Assembly: GCA_963764165.1 (NCBI GenBank)
Contig: CAVXRD010000004.1
Span: forward strand, 608,001-672,000
DNA length: 64,000 nucleotides
DNA from: an uncultured Verrucomicrobiae bacterium
Lineage (GTDB): Bacteria; Verrucomicrobiota; Verrucomicrobiia; Limisphaerales; Palsa-1400
Direction of reading: 5' to 3'
The notes beneath the pieces were generated by a model. That model had not been told where the DNA came from. It did not search any database and saw only the letters and a program-made list of their open reading frames with translations. Below are positions 59,073-64,000 of this stretch, in pieces. Made by a program: the position numbers and the translations under genes. How positions within the stretch are numbered: the stretch's first letter is position 1; each line of letters opens with the position of its first letter.

Positions 59073-59264
59073 TGCCGGAACGATGCAGTTGAATTTGGTC
59101 GCGCGACCTTCCCGGTCGCCCTGGCCGGCGTTCCGCCCGACAGTTCTGCAGAATTTGGCGGTTACCATTCGCTGAAACGCCGCTGCAGGAAGAGTTTTCG
59201 GCGGGACGCCGAAGACGGCGGTCGAGACGACCGCGCTCCCCAAATCCAGCGACATGGTTCGGCT
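59073..59264. mobile_element. MITE-like REP-containing element, copy 3 (diverged)
   Basis: GCCGGAACGATGCAGTT left end; GCGACCTTCCCGGTCGC and TTTTCGGCGGGACGCCGAA..GCGGTCGAGACGACCGCGCTCCC hairpins; GTTCGGCT right end. Confidence 0.6.
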
Positions 59265-59320
59265 TGGTGAACGACTCTGGAATTGAAAGAGTGACTGGCA
59301 ATCCATAGACTGAGGATCGC

Positions 59321-61858
59321 ATGTCGCCGCAGAATGAGCGCCGCCCAAAAGAAACGAACGAACCCTCTGCGCGTCCCCCCACTCAATCCGCCGGCAATCG
59401 CAACCCTGCCCCTGCGCCCCGTTCCCTCGGTGGAGAGTGGGCGGATTGGAAGTGGGCGGTTCTGCTGTTGGCTGCGACGCTGATTGCCTATCAACCGATC
59501 TGGCACGCCGGTTTCATTTGGGACGACGATTCGCATGTCACGCCGCCTGAATTGCGCTCGCTGAGAGGGCTTCTCCGGATTTGGACGCAACTCGGCGCAA
59601 CCCAGCAATATTACCCTTTTGTTTACAGCGTCTTTTGGCTGGAGAACAAACTTTGGGGCGATGCGCCGCTGGGTTACCACCTTGTTAACGTCGTGCTTCA
59701 TGTTTGCTCGGCTCTGCTGGTCGTCCGAATTTTCCGTCAATTAAAAATTTCAGGAGGCTGGTTCGCGGCGGCGCTGTTCGCGCTTTATCCAATTGAAGTG
59801 GAATCCGTGGCGTGGGTTTCGGAACTGAAAAACACTTTATCCGGCGTCTTTTATTTGGGCGCGATGCTGGTCTTGCTAAAATTTGATCAAACTCGCGATG
59901 CGCGAAAATATGCGATTGCGCTGGCGTTGTTTGTCCTGGGGCTGCTTTCCAAAACCGTCATCGCCACCCTGCCCGGAGCATGGCTGGTCTTAATATGGTG
60001 GCAGCGCGGGAGGATTTCGTGGAAACGAGACGTGCCGGCCGTTTTGCCGTTCGTTGGCGCTGGTTTGGCTGCGGGGCTTGTGACTTCATTCATTGAGCGA
60101 AAGCTCCTCCACGCGGAGGGTTCTGAATTCCATTTCACTTTCATCGAACGCTGCCTGATTGCCGGTCGCGATATATGGTTTTACCTTGGCAAATTCGTCT
60201 GGCCCGTGAATCTGGCTTTCTTTTATCCGCGCTGGAACGTCAGCCAGGCTGTTTGGTGGCAGTATTTGTTCCCGATGGCGGCGGCGCTTCTGGCGGGTTT
60301 GCTTGTCTGGAAGCGCCAGCGCGGATTGCTGGCCGCGTTTCTCTTCTTCGCGGGCACGCTCTTTCCGGCGCTGGGATTTTTCAATGTCTTTCCGTTTCGT
60401 TATTCGCTTGTTGCGGACCATTTTCAATATCTGGCCATTCTTGGCCCCATCACGCTGGTGGCGGTTGCTTTTTCGGCAGCGAGCAAGCGGTTGTTGTCCG
60501 CCGCCCCGGTGCTTCCATTCGCCGCCGGATCAGTTGCGCTGGCAATCTTGGGAACGTTAACATGGCGGCAATGCCAGACTTACACCGACCCGGATGCGCT
60601 GTGGGATCATACATATCGTCTAAATCCAGATTGCTGGATGGCCCACAATTATTCCGGCTGCAAATTGCTCGATAAGGGCAAACTCGACGAAGCCATCTCG
60701 GAATTCAACATCGCGCTGGCCGCGAATCCGTTCGACGTCACCACGCGCGACAATCTCGGCATCGCCTTGCTGCAAAAGGGGAATGTCGCGGAGGCAAACG
60801 CGCAATTCCAACAGTCCCTGCAAACGGATCCCGATTCGCCCGAAACCTTCAACGATCTCTCCGCCGCATTGCGCCAGCAAGGCCGCCTCGATGAAGCGAT
60901 CGCCTACGGCCAGAAGGCGGTGGCCGCGCGGCCGATTTTCACGAGCGCGCATTACAACCTGGGATTGGCCCTGGCCGACAAAGGCGACACCGAGGGCGCC
61001 ATCGCGCAATACGAAGCGGCAGTCCAAATCCACCCCGAATTCGCGAACGCGCAAAACAATCTCGGTGGTCTCCTGTTGAAAACTGGCAAAGCCGGCGAAG
61101 CCATCCCGCATTTGCAAGAGGCGACTCGAATCAATCCGGGGCTTTCCCAAGCCCAAGTCAATCTCGGGCTCGCCTATCTGAATCAGGGCCAGATCAACGA
61201 CGCGCAAATTCACTTTGAACTCGCGCTCAAGCAAAAGCCCGACGATGCCGACGCATATTTCAACCTCGGCAACATTCTCGCTCAGCGCGGAGATTTCCCT
61301 GGCGCGATCACGCGGTTTCAGAAAACGCTCGAGATCAATTCCAATTACACAGATGCCTTCATTAACCTCGGCAACGTCTTCCTGAAAACCAGCAAAGTGG
61401 ACGAAGCGATCGCGCAGTTTCAACGCGCGCTTCTCATTTCGCCGGACAACGCGCAGGCGCACAACAACCTCGCCAACGCCGCCGCAAAAAAAGGAATGTT
61501 CCAAACAGCGATTGAACACTACGAATCCGCTTTGCGCCTGCAGCCTGCCGACGCTTCATTTCAAAACAATGAAGCATGGCTGCTCGCCACATGTCCCGAC
61601 GACAGGATTCGCAATTGCGCAAAAGCAGTCGAAATCGCGTCGAAGGCCAGCGCCTCGACGCAAGGCGCCAATCCGCTGGTCCTTCACACGCTGGCAGCCG
61701 CCCTTGCGGAATCTGGGAGGTTCTCGGACGCCATCCAAGTTGCCCAACGCGCCCGCCAAGTGGCCGCGCAATCCAATCCCGGCCTCGTTGCAGCACTGCA
61801 ATCAGAATTGAAGCTTTATCAGGCTGGGCAGCCGTTCCATACCACTGTTCCGCATTAA
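59321..61858 (+). CDS. TMTC-like membrane protein with C-terminal TPRs (putative GT-C O-mannosyltransferase)
   Basis: FIWDDD, YYP, GYHLVNVVLH, ESVAWVSELKN, ADHFQYL; many TPR repeats. Confidence 0.88.
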   Translation: MSPQNERRPKETNEPSARPPTQSAGNRNPAPAPRSLGGEWADWKWAVLLLAATLIAYQPIWHAGFIWDDDSHVTPPELRSLRGLLRIWTQLGATQQYYPFVYSVFWLENKLWGDAPLGYHLVNVVLHVCSALLVVRIFRQLKISGGWFAAALFALYPIEVESVAWVSELKNTLSGVFYLGAMLVLLKFDQTRDARKYAIALALFVLGLLSKTVIATLPGAWLVLIWWQRGRISWKRDVPAVLPFVGAGLAAGLVTSFIERKLLHAEGSEFHFTFIERCLIAGRDIWFYLGKFVWPVNLAFFYPRWNVSQAVWWQYLFPMAAALLAGLLVWKRQRGLLAAFLFFAGTLFPALGFFNVFPFRYSLVADHFQYLAILGPITLVAVAFSAASKRLLSAAPVLPFAAGSVALAILGTLTWRQCQTYTDPDALWDHTYRLNPDCWMAHNYSGCKLLDKGKLDEAISEFNIALAANPFDVTTRDNLGIALLQKGNVAEANAQFQQSLQTDPDSPETFNDLSAALRQQGRLDEAIAYGQKAVAARPIFTSAHYNLGLALADKGDTEGAIAQYEAAVQIHPEFANAQNNLGGLLLKTGKAGEAIPHLQEATRINPGLSQAQVNLGLAYLNQGQINDAQIHFELALKQKPDDADAYFNLGNILAQRGDFPGAITRFQKTLEINSNYTDAFINLGNVFLKTSKVDEAIAQFQRALLISPDNAQAHNNLANAAAKKGMFQTAIEHYESALRLQPADASFQNNEAWLLATCPDDRIRNCAKAVEIASKASASTQGANPLVLHTLAAALAESGRFSDAIQVAQRARQVAAQSNPGLVAALQSELKLYQAGQPFHTTVPH

Positions 61859-61865
61859 GAAAGGC

Positions 61866-62294
61866 TTAATGGGCGCGAGCCAGAAGAAATTTGTTCACGA
61901 CCTCGCGCAATTGCTCAGGGGCCGGGGGCTTGATCAGATACAACGCCGCGCCCAGCGATTCTGCGCGCTGCTGGTCTTCAGGCTGGTTTGAGGACGTCAA
62001 TACTACGACGGGCGGGCGCGGGCATTCGGCGTGGCGGCGCATCCATTCCAGAACCTCGAAGCCGTTGACGTGCGGCAGTTTCAAGTCCAGGAACATGATG
62101 TCCGGCACCGGATTGGCGGCGGTATCGGAAAACTTGCCTTTGTTCATAAGGCAATCGATGGCTTCGATGCCGTCCGAGGCGACTCGGAACGCCGCGGCGA
62201 GACCGCTTTTGTTCACGGCGCGGCGGAAAAAGAACACGTCATCCGCCGAGTCTTCAACGAGCAGAATATTAGTGGGATTACCTGTTGCAGGCAT
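61866..62294 (-). CDS. Single-domain response regulator (Rcp1-like)
   Basis: LLVEDSADD, FLDLKLP..NGFEVL, LTSS, YLIKP. Confidence 0.92.
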   Translation of the reverse strand: MPATGNPTNILLVEDSADDVFFFRRAVNKSGLAAAFRVASDGIEAIDCLMNKGKFSDTAANPVPDIMFLDLKLPHVNGFEVLEWMRRHAECPRPPVVVLTSSNQPEDQQRAESLGAALYLIKPPAPEQLREVVNKFLLARAH

Positions 62295-62300
62295 AAATTC

Positions 62301-63566
62301 CTATGAATTTTTCGGGGGAGCGCCATCGCGCGTGTTTTTTACCGGCAGCAAATCCACCCAAAAGCGGCTGCCCTTTCCCAGGGCCGATTCGACTCCGCAC
62401 ACACCGCCCATTCTTTGCACGGCGCGATTAACGATGGCCAAGCCGATGCCCGTGCCTTCGTAGCGATGCAAATCGCCCACGCGCTCAAACATGCTGAAAA
62501 TTTTCCGGTGATAATCGGGATCGATTCCAATGCCGTTGTCCTCGATCCACAGCCGGACCTGATTTCCGCGAGGCTCCGTGCGAATTCGCACTTCTGGAGC
62601 AACGCCGGGCTGGACGAATTTGGCGGCGTTGCTGATCAGGTTGCTGAGGCATTGCTCAAGCAAAAACGGGTGCCCCATGACATCCGAAATATCGGGATCA
62701 ATGATGAACTTCGCCGCGCCGGGCCTGCCGGCCGTCAATACTATGACAGCCTCCAGCAATTGCCGCAGATCAACCGGCTCCAGCGTTACCGATTCCCGCG
62801 CCACGCGTCCGTAGGCGAGCAGGTCGCGGGTGAGCGCATCCATCCTTTTTGAGGCGCGATCCAGCGCTTCCAGATGCCCCCTGCCCTCGTCGTCGAGCCG
62901 GGCGCCGTAATCTTCCAGCAGCACATTGACGTAACCGCTGATGGAGCGGAGCGGAGCGCGCAAATCATGCGACACGGTATAGGAAAAAGCCTCCAGCTCA
63001 CTGTTGGCGATTTTCAACTCGTCATTCAATTTTTGGATGACTTCCAGCTGCTCGGCTTGCCGGCGGTTGTGGTCCACCAAATCCGCCGCCTGGCTCTTGA
63101 TAAGCTGGGTTTGGCGCGCCAATTCCACAAACACGCTGACCTTCGCCTTGAGCACCTGCGGAACGACGGGCAAAAACAGGTAATCGACCGCGCCCAGCTC
63201 GTAACCTTTGAGCCGGTCGATGTCGCTCGTGTTGTAGCCGGTAACGAAAATAATGGGCGTTTTTTCAAAGCGGGGCCGCTGCCGGATGAGCGCCGCCGTT
63301 TCAAAGCCGTCCATGTTGGGCATGTTCACATCAAGAAGAATGACGGCGAAGTCGTAGCGCAGCAAATGGCCGAGCGCTTCCACGCCGTTGCGGGCCTTGA
63401 CGATGTGCTGGCCCAATTCGGAAAGAATGGCCTCGTGCGCCATCAGCTTTCCTGGCTGGTCGTCGACCATGAGAATGTTGACGATCTCCTTTGGGAGGGA
63501 GTTCGCCTTTTTCTCACTTGGCGGCAGCACCGTTGTTAAGTCGTGCATAATGGGGATGGTCGGCAT
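62301..63566 (-). CDS. Receiver-histidine kinase hybrid
   Basis: ILMVDD, LLDVNMP; ELEAFSYTVSHDLRAPLR, NLISNAAKF, DNGIG, GTGIGL. Confidence 0.93.
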   Translation of the reverse strand: MPTIPIMHDLTTVLPPSEKKANSLPKEIVNILMVDDQPGKLMAHEAILSELGQHIVKARNGVEALGHLLRYDFAVILLDVNMPNMDGFETAALIRQRPRFEKTPIIFVTGYNTSDIDRLKGYELGAVDYLFLPVVPQVLKAKVSVFVELARQTQLIKSQAADLVDHNRRQAEQLEVIQKLNDELKIANSELEAFSYTVSHDLRAPLRSISGYVNVLLEDYGARLDDEGRGHLEALDRASKRMDALTRDLLAYGRVARESVTLEPVDLRQLLEAVIVLTAGRPGAAKFIIDPDISDVMGHPFLLEQCLSNLISNAAKFVQPGVAPEVRIRTEPRGNQVRLWIEDNGIGIDPDYHRKIFSMFERVGDLHRYEGTGIGLAIVNRAVQRMGGVCGVESALGKGSRFWVDLLPVKNTRDGAPPKNS

Positions 63567-63570
63567 TTGC

Positions 63571-64000
63571 TCAACGATGCAGCCAGACGCGCATCAAGGA
63601 TACCAATTGCTCACTGTTGACTGGTTTTGCGATATAATCAGACGCTCCGGCTTCGAGGCATTTTTCGCGGTCACCTTTCATGGCTTTGGCCGTCAGAGCA
63701 ATCATCGGCAGCATTTTGTGCCGCGGATTGCCGCGAATGACTTGCATGGTCTCATAACCGTCCATTTCGGGCATCATGATGTCCATCAAGACTAGTGAAA
63801 TGTCAGGTGATTGTTCCAGCAAATTGATCGCTTCGCGCCCGTTGGAGGCGCTGACGACGTTCATGCTATGGCGCTCCAGCAGGCTGGTCAGGGCAAAGAT
63901 GTTGCGGACGTCGTCGTCGACGACCAGCACTTTTTTATCGGCCAGGGCCTCGTCGGTGTGATGCAGGCGCTCCAGCATCCGCTGCTTGTTCGGCGGCAGA
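63571..64000 (-). CDS. C-terminal receiver domain of a large hybrid histidine kinase (partial, begins outside window)
   Basis: [50 protein letters not shown]; frame open to window edge. Confidence 0.9.
   Translation of the reverse strand, partial: LPPNKQRMLERLHHTDEALADKKVLVVDDDVRNIFALTSLLERHSMNVVSASNGREAINLLEQSPDISLVLMDIMMPEMDGYETMQVIRGNPRHKMLPMIALTAKAMKGDREKCLEAGASDYIAKPVNSEQLVSLMRVWLHR

Overview
A GC-rich bacterial chromosomal segment, most likely Verrucomicrobiota of the Pedosphaera-like/subdivision 3 group. This is inferred from a GloVer-repeat protein, a PSD1/DUF1501 pair and secreted proteins with FYR-type C-termini. It carries housekeeping genes (ugd, mutT, nrdR, HIT, ruvA, valS, cimA, xerC, holA, malQ), two-component genes at both ends, a glycan-modification cluster (YfhO-like GT-C, sulfotransferase, TylF-like methyltransferase, GT10) and several large secreted proteins. 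The most unusual signal is non-coding. (1) A 745-nt ORF-less group II intron (34506-35250, minus strand) sits exactly at the foot of a REP hairpin inside a ~225-bp MITE-like element. An intron-free sister copy lies 3 kb away, and the two copies bracket a GloVer-repeat gene. (2) The same REP family is inserted in frame within valS. (3) A dispersed ~100-bp element carries six GCWACA boxes whose spacing (9-31-12-11-11) is identical in two diverged copies 22 kb apart. (4) Several other palindromic repeat families are present, one of which brackets decayed toxin-antitoxin remnants. No rRNA, tRNA, CRISPR array, transposase or reverse transcriptase was recognised. Product calls come from motif recognition only, with no database searches.
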